A stretch of 64,000 nucleotides of DNA from Raillietiella orientalis (taxonomy: Eukaryota): positions 1 through 64,000 of the forward strand of contig JAYWIR010000025.1 in the NCBI GenBank assembly GCA_036172245.1, written 5' to 3'. This document shows positions 13,401 through 27,400 of this stretch, piece after piece. A model generated the notes under the pieces. The model saw only the letters and a program-made list of their open reading frames with translations, did not search any database and was not told where the DNA came from. The position numbers were made by a program, and so were the translations under genes. How positions within the stretch are numbered: the stretch's first letter is position 1; every line of letters starts with the position of its first letter.

Positions 13401-14990
13401 AGAATCGGCATCTTTTTCAAGATCTAATAGCACGAAAAAGTTCAGTTACTTCTATTATCCCACTTTTTCCAGCCAGATAAAATTTGTATATTGATTTTTG
13501 AAAATATAAGTACAGCTTCTGGATTGTCAGATGCTCTTTTTTTGAAAAAAAATGGAATGAAATGAAATACGTGCAGAGTTTCGAAAGTATGGCGTTTAAA
13601 AGGAAACTTCTAAAAGTTCTCCATTTTCGCCTGGAGCGCCTAATTCTTCTAGCCTTTTGATTTTTGCGCTCTTTTCTTTACTGTTTTATTTTCCCACGTA
13701 TTTTATCGTTCTTTTTCCTGAAGGGCTCAAAACTGATTCAGCCAACATGGAGACTTTTGGCTAAAGTATTTGTGTACACAACCTCTTTTGTCCACGATTC
13801 TTCAGAAGTGACTACGCTGGACCGAAACGTTCAGAAGTCACGAGCCTCAAGAAGATCGTAGTGACGAATTTCTGGAGCCATAAGGTGATTTCTCAGCGGT
13901 TAGAAGAAGAAACTTTCGCTATCTTAAACCATCAGCTATGCTGCACTGCTCCAGAAAAACTCAAGAAGAAAAGGCTGCCGATGAATGAGAAAACGATGAT
14001 TGATACCGGCTGCCATCAAGAAGCTGAAGATTTCCATCCTGCTGCGCTTGCAGCATTCCAAGTTGAAATTTGATTTTACTGCTCTCCCTTAATTCTCATT
14101 CCATTGGCAGATTTCGTTTCCGGGATCATCAGCTTGTTGGGCGTCCGGAAAATTATTTACGAAAATTCATCTCATGCAAGAGAGAAGAACCTGAGACATC
14201 CGGCAACAAGCTGCTCGCAATAGAAGCCAAGCCGGCTGTTGCCAGCCCAACACTCGTTCTCTGTGCTCTGGCTAGCACATGTGGGCACATCATCAAGAGG
14301 AATATTGGAGTCCAGAAGCGATGTGAAGAAATGGACAGGCACAGTTTAACGTCGTTTGGGAGCGAAACTATTTGATAATACGATTTTCAAGAGTCCTAAG
14401 ATGTCTTGCGTAACGAGTTGCCAAGTTGCTTGACTCGATGGATGCTGCGAGGAAGCGCAAACGCTGGGTAGAAGAGCAGAACATCGAACAAGTTTGTCCT
14501 TGTGGGAGTTTCGGGGATGGCTTCATGGAAACGATCGAGTTTCGATGGAAACAGCCCACAGCCACTGGCAAAAAGTGGCCGTGCAAATAAACACAAAAAC
14601 GAGAGTGGTTAGTCAAATGAAGGGTTCCTTGAATCCATTTGATCCACGGATCTGGTGTTTCGACAGCCCGATTGCATGTCACGAGATGATCGGAAATTCA
14701 TTTCTGCTTGTTAAGTAAAGTGGACGGAATAGAAGAGAGGGAATGCATTCCATGGTACGTGGGTACCGCACCTTCTTCTCCAGTCGGGAGACTTTTCAAG
14801 CTCATGTCAAAGAGATCACACAGCACTATGAGCGAAACGACTAAAATGGGCCAACTTGTGACTCCTTCGCTTGTCTGAACTTATGAGCCAGCTCCTAATT
14901 TCTCTCGCAAAGGAGATCGAGTGCCAGACATCGGATGGGGTCGTACAAAGCAACGCCATTCATATTACTATGGTTTTTCTTTTTTTATAG

Positions 14991-15065
14991 TGTCCGTGAT
15001 CAGCTCAAATGCATTACTGAATGTATACGAATGCGAAAAAAATTATTATGAAATATATGTAATAA
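14991..15065 (+). CDS. Possible upstream exon (xSVISSNALLNVYECEKNYYEIYVI), end of signal peptide/linker
   Basis: Good acceptor TTTTTTATAG at 14990; open frame; AT-rich like the neighbouring exon; the phase-1 donor GTAGTC at 15066 is weak. Confidence 0.25.
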
Positions 15066-15340
15066 GTAGTCCGATCGTTGTGAAAGTGTGTGTGGGAATA
15101 AAGCCTAAACCGATGAAATGATGGCCGTTATCCCATCAAGTAACCTTTTAAGGGATGCAAAACTTTGTGTTTTGGTACGACCTCTTCCGGTTGCAAGTCC
15201 TCAAGACTTCCAATGAGGAGTGCAACCGGGGTTCAAACTGTGTCCCAGTTTTTCGAAAAATGCTTTGAGGTTTCGGGACTTTAACTTTGCAATGTTGATA
15301 ATTCCTGCTTCCTCCTTTGTTTTTGTTTTTTTTCTTTCAG

Positions 15341-15436
15341 AAAGTGTAACCAACTCTGAACCTTTCAACAAAAGTGCAATTTTTCGTGTACAGTTAGGAG
15401 ACACTGTGAAGTTGCCGTGTGATGTAACGAATTTAA
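15341..15436 (+). CDS. Exon, Ig1 N-terminal half (xSVTNSEPFNKSAIFRVQLGDTVKLPCDVTNL)
   Basis: Long pyrimidine tract + CAG acceptor at 15340; donor GTAAGC at 15437; 'GDTVKLPC.V.NL' B-strand motif; phase 1-1. Confidence 0.9.
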
Positions 15437-18400
15437 GTAAGCTTTTTTTTTTTTAAATTCTTCTTGAATTGGACTGTTTTCTTGAATGTTTTCAATTATG
15501 TTGACATCCTGTTAACAAACGATCCTTTTGAGACTGTTCACTCCCCCATCTCAACGGAGTGCTGCCATTTGTCCTATCATGCACCTGATGGATGTGAGAC
15601 ACAAAGCATCACATTTCACTGCTGCTCTTGTCGTGACACACCCATATATGAAAAACGACTGTGATTCGGTTAATTTTTGTACAGAGAACCTACTTTAATT
15701 AGTCTCAGGAGTCCCTTTTTTTTTCCCCCTCCCCTTATCTAAAAATTTCATTGACTTTAGAGAAGATCTCGATTTCGTTTCTATGAGACGAAACTTGCAA
15801 ACAGCCTCCGCAACTGAAGCAGGCAGTTCGCTGCAGCTGCACGCCTCCATCTGGCGTTGCTCCCTTGAAGTGATATCTGTGGTTCCCAGTAGGTGAAGTT
15901 TGCTTAACCCTGAGTTTCTCTGGGAGCATCTCGTCGTGCTGCTGTCTGTCGGAATCTCCCAGGGCAAGGACGCATGCAGGAAAGATGAGAGACCTCCTTT
16001 GTGTTTAAACGTGCGCTGCATCCGGATCCACGAACAAGAAGATGGGTCCAGGACATGCGCAAAACTTGCAGATTTGGTTTTCAGTTTAATAGGTTGTCTG
16101 ATCCGATTCCCTATTCCCCGAAGACGGATGGGTGCGAGTTCATTTTAGCAGAACCGCAGTTTCAGATTTTCCCCACGCAGAATCGAAAAATCCTTGTCTT
16201 GCAGGCGTTTCGGTCCTGGAAATTTCATAAACCAGAAATTTCCCGTAATACGTATCATCATGGTTTGCAATGCGGAATAGCTGACAACAGCTACAGACAT
16301 TGCCTGCTTTCGAAAACTCCAAAGGCTTTAATTTTGTTCTGCTGCAGTGTTTTCCGAATGTTTTGCATGCATCCGAGATGTTTCTCAACGGAGAGAGCGC
16401 CTGTCAGCGATATCGGCTGCAGCGATGTCAAAGCGTTTGCCTTGAAGGAAAAGTGACGTAAAGAACGTGCACTCGAAATTTGTTCCAAGAGTGCCATGTG
16501 AAACGCATTTGTGCACTCGATTTTGTACATGAGCAGGTCGTCACGACCTCAAAGGAAAAAGAAAGAAAGATTCGCATATTACTACAACATCAACTCAGAT
16601 GAGCAACGTAAACTCCATTGTGTGATTTGATGAGACGTCTCGTAAGACGTCAGAGCTTCCGGAAAATCCGATTATACCGAAAAGTGTTAATGGGAGAAGT
16701 TATTATTCGTTTGCTATCTTGGGTATGGGAGCCTCGGATGCTCTTCTCGCTTTAAATTCAAGACTAGCACTCAAAGAAAAGGATGCTAATGCAGCTCGAA
16801 GATGGAGGATGATTCGACACATTTCCAGGAAAGTACAAACAACATCCTCTCAAGCATACTGAAAACGAATTCTTATTGCCTCATCAAATTCCTTCATTAT
16901 TCCGAAAGAAAGATTTGCAAATTCTTCCAGTTGAGACTTGAGAGCAAACAATCGTTTTCATGGACTGAAAAGTGGTTTACGAGTAAACAAAACGTGGATA
17001 AGGATGAGAAGGCAATGAGGTGTTGTCTGGATGAAAACAGCTAGATCTGGTTTTCCATTCTGGATGATTACCTGCAAGTTCTTTGGTAGCAGCATAAAAA
17101 TTAATAGGCCATTGAAAACAAAGCTTAGGTCCTTATCGCATCCTTAAGCAAGAACGAAATGCGGTTTCCCCTAGAATACCTATCGTATTCTCAGATTGCT
17201 TTCAATCCATATCCAGCGTGGCTAAGGACCGTGGACAAGGGCCGTTTGCCAGATTAGCACTCTCGCCTTCCGGCACAAGTTCTCGTCAACTTCACTTTCT
17301 TGATCGGGAGTCTGTGTTTTGCAGAGGCTTGCGAGCTTTCATCCTTCCATTCCTTAATCTTGCCGAGGAACGACTGAACGACATATTCAAGCCAGGATAG
17401 GGAGGAAAGTAGCTACTCTGACTTGAATCCGTCGTTGGCTGAAAAAGCTGAAAGTGTCATCGATGAATTCATATTCCACTTGATCAAAACTGAAAGACGA
17501 GTGACTCACGAAAAGTGGATCATGTGCTGCCTACCCAAATGCAGAAGATAAGCGCTCTTGGGACCATCCAGTTCTTTATATGTCAAGAAATCACCCCCTC
17601 CACGACAAGGCAAGGACAACATGCCCTCACCCGTGGACCCATTTGAAAGAGAGATATACCTCATCAGGCTCAAAGTACGTGAAGCTGCTCAATGCAAGAA
17701 GTGACTATCGTACCTCTTAATGAGTTCAATATTCTTGCAGGACCCAAAGGGCACGTGCAGTCTTGCACAAGCAGCTTTTAGTGCATCCATTAGCTCTCAG
17801 GTGATGTCGTAGCTCTAGCTACGGGAGGAATCACGATATTAGTTTCATCTCCTTTGCTATTCAGCTTCCGAAGGCAGTCCAGGAAGAGACTGTGCAAGCG
17901 AGATGTTGAGATTTCATACTCCTCTTTTTGTTGAGCCCCTGACAAATTGCAACGCCGGAGTTTCTTCATCTGACAACATCGCAGCATCCTTTGGTAGAGA
18001 TGCGTTCAGTCCTGAGAGGACTATAAGCTCACTTGATGCTTATAGATGATACCTTTTGACCTATGACTGTCAGTCATACTCAAAGGAATAGGCGCCATCC
18101 AATGGGAACCTATGAATCGCAGCTCCGTCTATCCGATTCTCATTTTCCCATCTTCAAGTAAGAGGACAATGATGCAGGAATGGAGTCTGCATCCGTTTAG
18201 GGGCGAATCGTCTTTGCTTTGTCTTTATCAGTTGAGTAGCGAAGAAGGTGAAGTTTTTGCTCTTGGATTTTCATGTGTTTTTATAGTTTCTCGCCTTCCT
18301 GGAGGAACCGTTGACTTTAGAAAGGGAAAGAAATGCTTTCAGCATTCCTTGTATCATCATGACGGATTTTTCCAAGTCGTTTTCTGATTGAGAACATTTA

Positions 18401-21400
18401 AACGGGAAGATGCTCCTTATCCTTAAATTTCCATCACTGTTCTTGAGTTCACTTCTTCAAGGTGGGGAAGTGCCGTTTGCACCCATCTCATAGGAATTTT
18501 GATTGCAACCTAAGGGTTTCCCTTGTGTTTTTTTGCCCATTTCCTTGACCCCTCATATCAAGAGGTTCTTTCGTTTATCAGTCTTAGAAAGAGCATTTCT
18601 TAAACATCGCTCCACTTTTCCTTTGTACAGTACCGTTTCGAAAAAATAAAAGTTCCCAACAGCGTCCTTGCCTTGCATTCTTCAATATTCATCCATGATG
18701 CTGATGAGCGTTTTCTGAGGCTGCACTTGCTCCTGTGCTACTCGCCAGCTCTTAGAAGCTGGAAACTCGGTGGCAATGGATGATTTCCTTGTGCGAGAAC
18801 CAGGAACTTCCTGCAGTCGATAAGGAAGATCCAGAAACGAGGATGATTTGCTAAGATTGGATATGGAATTTTTTTTGGCTATCTGGTCATTTCCTGAATA
18901 CCCATCAACCTGCATTTCTGCGCAGCGCATGCTGGCTGGAAGTTACGTAAGGTTTTGTGCGCTGATGAACCTCAGCTGAAGAGTAGAGTTCCTTCTTGAG
19001 TCTTTCTACCAGAGCACAAAAGTCATCATGCAGCCATCTCATTTTTCCCGGTCCTGAAGGGGAAGACGAAACACCTTCACCTGGTCACTTGAAATTTTCC
19101 GAAGCACAAGGATGGAGATTTTCATGATCGATGAAATGCTGCGCCACGCTCAAGAGGCAGTGCCGACTCTCACAGTCTGTGCCGCATGCGTTGAATAATG
19201 TTCAGGGAAGCCAAAAACACCAACGACATAGCTGTCTGCGTCTCTCATTCATTCTTCGAATGCTTCAGCAGAGTCGCGAAATTTCCGTTTCCTCTGATTC
19301 GTTTCCATTCCTTTTCTTACCGCCGCTCATTACAGCCGACTGTCGGAGTTTTCTCTTCTCGACTTGGAAGGTGGAAACCGAAATCTCAGCCTCGAAAGGT
19401 TCCCCGTTTCATCTCTATCATCCTGTTCTCGAAAATGAGGAAGCAGAGAGTTTCCAGGGTAATCGCCGCAGACCTCGCAAACTCGCCCACCCATTAAAGT
19501 TCGGCTCTGAAAATCTCCGGACTCCTTGTGAAATTTGAGACGCAGTCAGCAGGAGCTGTTTGCGAAGATGCAATTTCTCGGAGAGACGGAGTCCCGTTAG
19601 ACTGATCCGTGATATCGATCACATATCACAGAACCTGGGATGTTTATGCCCTTTACTGGCGCTGTTGTCAGGAGGCGAAGCTGTGCAGATGACACCTCGG
19701 CAGTTCGGTCAGCCGTCTTGATACTTCCGAGATCCGATACTTGACAAACGAATAAACCTACTACCATCTCTTCAAGCACCAACCTAATAAACTGGAAATG
19801 TCTTTTGCGACACTTCCTTTGCCTTGTCATCGAACCGTTTACGAGGGTTTCTGCTCACCTTCCTGTGATCCACGTCTAGCTTCAGAGCTCTTGTGGAGGA
19901 ACCGAGACAATTAAGTAGAGAAATAAGCGCAGGTCCAGAAAGCACAGCTGAGTCTAACACACGAACTAAATCCTGTTTTCCTCTTTGAGTTCCACTATGC
20001 GATGTGTCACTCCCGAATTGATGCATTCCATTTTCCGGATAATCCCTTTTCGATCATTTCGAATTGTCCCCAAAATCTCACAGTCATACACTCATTGCAG
20101 CTGTAAGTCTTCCGCCACTGCTCCTCTTCTCCCCATAATTTACTAACTGTTTGCTTCCTCTTCTTTGCTGTTTACTGTGTGCGCGCATTCATGTTTTGGG
20201 AAACCACTCTTGCAACTCTGCGTGGAAGATGGCTGAAGGGAGAATTCCTCCAAAATATCCACTAGGAACCATCCATGAAATCTCAAAACGGAAACAAATC
20301 AATGGGAGCAAAAATTCATTTTCCAGATGGAGAGATGCAAAAAAAAGCAAAATACTCTCCGCATTTGGTCAGTCGAATCGAGAGCGACCGATGCTGGACG
20401 AGCACAGTGGATGTTTTCAGAAGGACAACTTTCGGCCAACACGACCAAATCGTGTTGGTCAACTGGAAGCGAGAATTCGGCTCTGTTGCGAACCACAGAT
20501 GGCAGCAATGGTGCTCGCTTTCTATTGATGACCTTTCCTTTCTTGAATATTAATGACCTTTTCTTTCATACTTGTTGGGTGCGGTCTTGCTGCTTAACGG
20601 AGACGCGTGCGCGACGAATACAGTGATCGTCTCTTCGCTTCCTGTTCTCTCTCAGTTGAACTTCCGATCCTTCTTTGTACTCGTGGTCTCTGGAAAGACA
20701 GTACATCGTGCGTGGGACCTCTTTCCTCCCGTTTCATGCATCTTTCGCTATTATGCCATCTTCCCGTCTGCGATTGCAAAGGCTAGCCGACAGCAGGATG
20801 CTCTCCACATAGCTGCTGCTGTTCGTGCTCGTTGCTCAGCGAGTCACGAGCAGATTCTTGCAGAGGGAGGGGGAACACGGCTGCACGGAAAAGTTTCCAC
20901 GAGATGAGGTTCTTGGTGGCACTTCGCCGTCTTCGTGCTGAGGAGAACTGCAAACTTTTCCTAGCCGACGAAGCAGTGATTCGAGGAAGTTCAATCGTCT
21001 GCTTGAAAGTGAATGATGCTGCGGATGCAATAGCTTTCGTTCTGCGACCGTTGCTACATTTATTATCACGGATCAGATTAATAGTCCTGTTCTCATCCCC
21101 CAAAAGATGAAGCTAGAATACTCCTTTAAGATGTTCGAGGCGGCTGCTTCCGAAGTTCATGGCTACATTCCTAAAGCGCTCGACATTAGCTGACAGGTAT
21201 CCATAAGTAAAAGTTGGCCAAAGCTGCCTAGGCGCCTGATGTGAAACATGGAAGATGTCTGCGGGCAGCGCTTCCCGGCTAGGAAGACGTTCGCCCGCCT
21301 CTCTGTTTTGAGAGATGGAAAGAAATGGGCCGGGAAAGAGAACCCACAGAATATGAAAGTGTGGCTCATAATATGAATTGCCTTGTCCGCTCAGATAAAA

Positions 21401-24400
21401 GTGCGTTGTTTCTTTGGCTGCGGGAGAGATGCGTTTATCAGCGACGCGGAATTGCTCACAAGGAGAGAGCTCACGGTGCAAGCAGCGCTCAAACCGATCA
21501 CCCGCTCGCGGACTGCAGCCTTCATAATTTTCGTCAATCTCGGAGTAATTAATATAAACGGATGATGGTCCATTGCAGATCGAGAGCGCCTTATTTGAAA
21601 GTCAAGTGATTTCTAAAAGATGTAAACGGTGCAGATAGGAACGCACGATCACGAGTTGTAGTTGCTGCTTGGAATGCGTTCTACAAAATTTTCCAGAAGC
21701 AGTTCCTCTAACATGTTCAGCACTGGTGACATTTGCAAGAAGCTGAAAACAAAGACTGGTTTAGTCACCACGAAACGGCCGTGTTAATTCAGTTGGCAAC
21801 GATCAAGGGAGATTTGAATGCCGCACATAAACTGCACCTCGTGATCTCAGTGCAGTCGAATCGACATCCATCTCTAAACTCGTATTCATCTTTTAATCTC
21901 AGGGATCGATGCATTTATGGAAGTAACATTTATGGGTATCATGCATGGCTTCTCTTTGTAAGCAAACAAGCTGTTCAGATCACTAGGGGTCACGATCGCA
22001 TCTAGCAGGAGAATTCAGTGTGTTCACAAACGGTCCTGAGCTAAATCTGTGATAAGCCACGTTCACCAGTCTTTAAGATGTCACAAACGTACGTCTTGGC
22101 ACACCCTGATTTGCATCGTAGATCCTGACGCTCGAGATGGAGCAAAAGAAAAAAGAAAACGAGAGCTTTCCGTCGTCCTTCCGGAATTGAGGAGCACAAG
22201 GGCCGGGGGAAGAAAAAAAAAAAAAAAAAAAATGGAGAAGATTTTCGAGCTCACCATGACTTCAATATACTTCTTGTTTTCAAACCGTTCCTTACAACTT
22301 GAATCGATGACTCCTGGAACTCGAATTTCCTGGACTGCTCCTTTGCAAAAAACGAGTTCTTTCCGTCTCCTGCGATATCCTCGTGGCACTCATCGTCTCA
22401 TTTGCAACCTGCTCATGTCCGCTCTTCGACGTCAAAGCTTCGGAGCCAGTTATTGAACAAGCGAATGGCAATCGACGATTTCATGAGGACTGTGGGCGGT
22501 GGAAGAGACAAGGTCAACGACATTTCCTTAGGGGATTTGCTCGAGAAACAAGGGGCAGTTGTCACTATCCCTCGTCGAAATGTGCTGCTGAGCAGTCAGC
22601 ATCCCCTAATCCTATACAATCCCGATTCTCAGCGGTACCAGCAGCAGGCCTCACTTTTCCGGTGCGAGGACGAAACGTCTCAAAACTGGGCACTTTCACC
22701 ACCCTGGACCTTGAACCATTATGTCTCTTTGACCAGCAGTCTGGCTCGAACCTTTCCCGGAACGAGTCAAGAAATCCTTCTCTTCTCTGCAGAGGGAACA
22801 TGGTTATTTGGCATCTCCAAATGACCATGTTCCCTCTTCAGAGACGCCAAAGACCTTTTCGGGGACGCCATGGGATTTCTCCTACGGATGCTCCCGAGAG
22901 ATCACTAGCCAGTGCTGTTGACGTGAAGTTCTAGGTCAGCCTCTTCCATAAAATTTCGCAGTCCGTCTTTGAACCTGCTGAGGTCAAATGGCGAAGCGCT
23001 TGCCTGAGGTTGGAGAACCGGATGAAAACGTGAGCGTTCAATTGCACCCGACGGAAGACGCTCCTGGGGAAATCTTCGGAAGAGCAGTTGATAAATGATC
23101 CAGGGCTTGCAATCAGTGAACCTTAGGGGTGAAAGTCACGCGGTTCCTTCGGAGTCCTGCAAAGCTGCCTTCTTCCCGCCTGGCGGTGGGAAACCCCGAT
23201 TTCCGTTCAATTGGCTTGGGATCGACCGTGGATCGTCGATTTCAAGCCGACGCTTCTTAGTGGAATTCGAACTGTTTGCTTCTCCGGCTTTTTTTCTTGC
23301 TTACTAGAAAATGCGTTGTCTGTTCTTGTGCTTCCAGCACAAGTTTCAGTCGTGCAAACTGATGGCTGCAGCCGAAGTGGCTCCATTAGATCCTTCCCGA
23401 ATCTTTTTCAGATGAATCTGCCATTGTCTGGAAGAAAAACGATCTTCTGTTGAGCGCGAAATCTGTGAAGGATACAGTGATCATCACACGCAATTCCCGG
23501 ATTTCTTTGGAGAATCAGTCCCTGATCATAGCGAAAATCCAAAAGTCGGATGAAGGCGAGTACGTGTGTTTTGTTTCTCTGGAGGAACCAGTTAGCTACA
23601 CGTACAACCTCCAGATTCTAGGTACGTGTCCTCCCTTCACCTCAATGCTTCTCTCTTCGGCTTCCTTCAGCACACTGTCTTTCGGTTGAGCACTGGAATT
23701 AACTTCAGTGGTCATTCTTAATCTCGACAATTCCATTCTCTCTCTCTCTCTCTCTTTTTGTTCGTCCTCTGCCATACCTCGAATTCATTTCCTCCCTCCC
23801 CTTTGCTGTCGTAGTGCCTCCGTCCATACATCCTGTGCCTCATGACAGCAGGCTTTTCGTCGAAAAAGGGAAAACAGCGCTCATGACTTGCAAGGCTTCT
23901 GGCGTGCCGGAACCTCAGATTACTTGGATACGAAAGGTTTTTGCCTCGGAAACGAAAAAAAAAAAAAATGTCTCCCTCTGTTCCTTGCTTTGCTGAGGAA
24001 CGATTTTGTGAACTCTCTTGTAAAATACAACAAACACTCTCTGTTGAAAGCGACCGCCGCCTAAGGGCTCTGGACAGCTTACTCGGCAAGCAGTTCATCA
24101 TCTGCACTTTCTGATTCCCCCCCCCCCTCCCGATTTCTTCTCTCAATCCTTTCTGGTTCCCCAACTCTTTGCTTCGGAATTATGTCCAGTGCCTTGAAGA
24201 AATGAGCTCCTTATAGCCAGCGTGTACCGAATCTTCCTGATCCCTGCAGATACGCGCGTGATCCCAGTCGAGGGTGAAGGGGAAATAGGGAAGGTTTCTA
24301 GGGAAAAACCGATACTCGATGCTCTTTCTCATTTTCGCTCTTCTTGAGTCTGTGAGCTGCTACGAGGGAAGGAGATTTCCGGATATCCTCTGACGTAGGG

Positions 24401-27400
24401 CAGTACGAGGGAAGAACACCTCAGCGGTAATTAGAAGTTTTGCTGTTCCCCACCAGAATTCCTGTTTTTATATTTCCACGTGCCGCTATACCTTCTTCTT
24501 CTTGAATCATTTTTTTTTTTCTTCCTTTGTGGAAGCTCCTGTATTTCGGAAGGAGACTGCGACTTTTATTCCCATTTTCAACTCCCTCTTTTTGGTCAGC
24601 TTTACAGGCTGTATTGTGGCCTGAACACTTGCTTTCTCAGAAGCAGCAGCTCCTGGTCGTTTCCCTATTCAGCGCTGCTGCTGCTTTCTGGAACGCGACT
24701 CTCAGTTTGCTTCTTGAAAAGATTACGCTGCGCATCCATGACATCTTTCGAAGGTCCCGACCGGGATCTTCACGGCCCTGCCGACAAAGAGAGAGAATGG
24801 CTCAGGAAGCTTGTTCATGAAGAGCAGTTGTGGTTGGAAGATCATGACTTGGACCGCGATCTCTGCAATGTTCCTTAGCCATGTTAGAGGACTTGTCGAC
24901 CCTGGAAGGCCGTGAAAGGAAAACGATCGGCGCTCTGTGACTACTTTGACGCTTCTCGGAAATGTTCTTCTAGTGCCTTTTCCTGAGTGATTTGATTGCC
25001 GAAGGTCAGGAGATCCGGGTTTTTTCTTGTGGTAGGGACCGAAAGCAAACAAAGGCAGCAGCAAACTCATAGTCTCCCAACCGTGGCGAAATTCCTTTCC
25101 GTTGAGCAAAAAAAAAGAGAAACTCGAGGCAGTCGAAAAGCCCGTGATGGGAAGTCGGTCACGGCTACGAATCAAACAACGACCATTTCCGGTCTGCATC
25201 GGGATTGGTAGCTTCCTGAGAGGATTCTCCAAAACAAGAAATAATCTATTCTTTTTTATAAAAAAAAAAAAAAAACAAGCAAACTTTTGCAGCACTCCGA
25301 CCAAAGTTTCGGTTTTGTTTGTTTCCTGGGTTAGATAGAATCCTCGAGATCTTGGTGACAGCACTTATCTTTCTTGACCAAGTGGTCGTAAGGAGGAAAT
25401 GCACAGAGGTGCGGTCGATACGCGACCTCCAGCGCCGGAGGAAACTGGTCTTGATTATCACTGGCGTGAATCGGAGCCGAAAGTCCCGCGATCGTAAATA
25501 CCGAAAGCATCTTCCGCATCACTGCCGCCCGTGCTCCGCCGGAAGTGTTTTCGCTTGGCGACGGGATGCTGAAACACAAATTGATGAGTTCGTGGGAGTG
25601 CGATGATTGTGCAGTTGATGAAAAAAGGTTGTGCTGACGAATTGTAACTGTGGTATTTTCAGGTAAGCCATTCTCATTTACGGAAGGACGCTTCCAGTGC
25701 ATGGCTGGTTTAAAAAAGCCAATTGAATTCTTTATGCATTCAAAGGTTTAGTTTCCATGAGAAAAACAGTAATTTTCTATTTCAAGAATAATCTTAATCC
25801 GCTATTAGAAGAGTTGAGGAAAGGACCCTCCTTAAAAATAGAAAACATTGATAGGCACAAAGGAGGTATTTACCAATGCACCGCAACTAATGGAGTTGGA
25901 CCACCTGCTTCAGCGTTAATAGATGTGGAAGTATTATGTAATTATTTTTCTTTATTTTGTTTTTGTTGTTTCTCTCCTCGTTGAAGTGGCGTGATAACAC
26001 TGGTCGAACATTCTGGATAAAGTGACCAAAGTAACAAAAAAAAAAAAATCTCAGAGTAGTGCCGGACTACTTGGAGAACGTTTATCATCAATCGAATTGT
26101 CACAAAAAGCATGTTTGGACCCACAAGCACGTTCGCTCGCATCTTCCCTGCACCACGACCTCAGCACGCGTCGTATTCTCGGGGTAGTCGATTCTTCCGA
26201 TCGACTTGAAAAGACAAATCAGGGACCGCCATTTCTGTTCCGTTGCCGATGTCTTACGCAACCGAAACTCCCGCAATACGTCTACGTAGGTAAGACTTTC
26301 CCGAGTCGGCAAGCAAGAGCGTCTAAATGTAAGAGGAAGGATCGACTGATCCATGCATTGTCCCTGAAAAGAGAGTGCCCACGCATGCGAGCGATCTTCA
26401 GCCTTTTGTCCTGAAAACTATGCTGATGGCAGTAAAGACGGGAGCAAATGTGATCCTTCATTCCAAAGCCTAACATTGTTCTACATCCAAAGGTGGTTTT
26501 GACACACCATTGGTTTCACGATGATTATCATCATTTTGAATGCAATGTTCTCGGAGTACATCTCCAGCTTCCGAGAAAACTTCGTTCTGCGTTGAAGAAG
26601 CTTTCACAAAAAAGGCCCTGCCGATCAGACATGCCAGGTTGTGTAAACAGTGTTCAGCCTGAGGAAAAACCACTTTGACTGCTTTTTGACCGCCTTTTGA
26701 CCACATGGCTGCCAATTCATAGGGAAACTCCCAGCTGAAATCAAGTGGAGCGCCAGAAGTCCTTCACCTGCTTGTAACGCCAGGAAGAAATGCTTACTTC
26801 TTTGTCAGATTGCCCATTGACAGTTCACGAACGCTTCCTCCTGCCAACAGCTCAGAAAGTGGACCTTTTCACCACTGGAAAACATCTCTGGACCATCGGC
26901 ATGCGCGTCGCGAAAGGAGAAACGACCGGCGAAAACAGGAAAGCAGGAAGCGTCGCACGAAAGATTTCCTTTCAGAACTTCAAGCATCCTCTGCCACCTG
27001 CCCGTGTGTCCTCGCAAGGACTGAAGCCTGACTTTGCTGATTCACTTTCCTCGCCATACGTTACGGCAATCGTGTTTGGGAATTCTGTGGCAAACACGTG
27101 TTCGCAAGTGCCCGGAAGCAAATTTTCGCTCCGCCAGCGGCACTTTCGGGTGGAAGGCGTTGCGGAAATGGGCGTACATGGTAGTCCATGAAACGAACGA
27201 GATGTTTCCACGAAAGGTAGAGAGAGAGTAGAGCTTGCGAGAGTGACAGTCTGCATGAGGGATCAAAGTTGACGGCACGGGTGTACAATCCGAAGCCGCG
27301 AACCCGGTCCGTTTGGAAAAGAAAAAGTCCAAACAAGATTTCCCCTGATCGCTAGAACGAAATTGGCTTGGAAAGACCCAGGACGGACCAGCAGCATGGA

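Noticed and set aside
17477..17520. Hammerhead-ribozyme-like CTGAAAGA...GAAA with flanking complementarity (also CTGAAGA...GAAA near 37775)
   Set aside because: Core is non-canonical and the stems and cleavage triplet cannot be formed
22383..22934. Overlapping ORFs with similar peptides on both strands
   Set aside because: The similarity is explained by the 22784-22844 inverted repeat; no homology recognised
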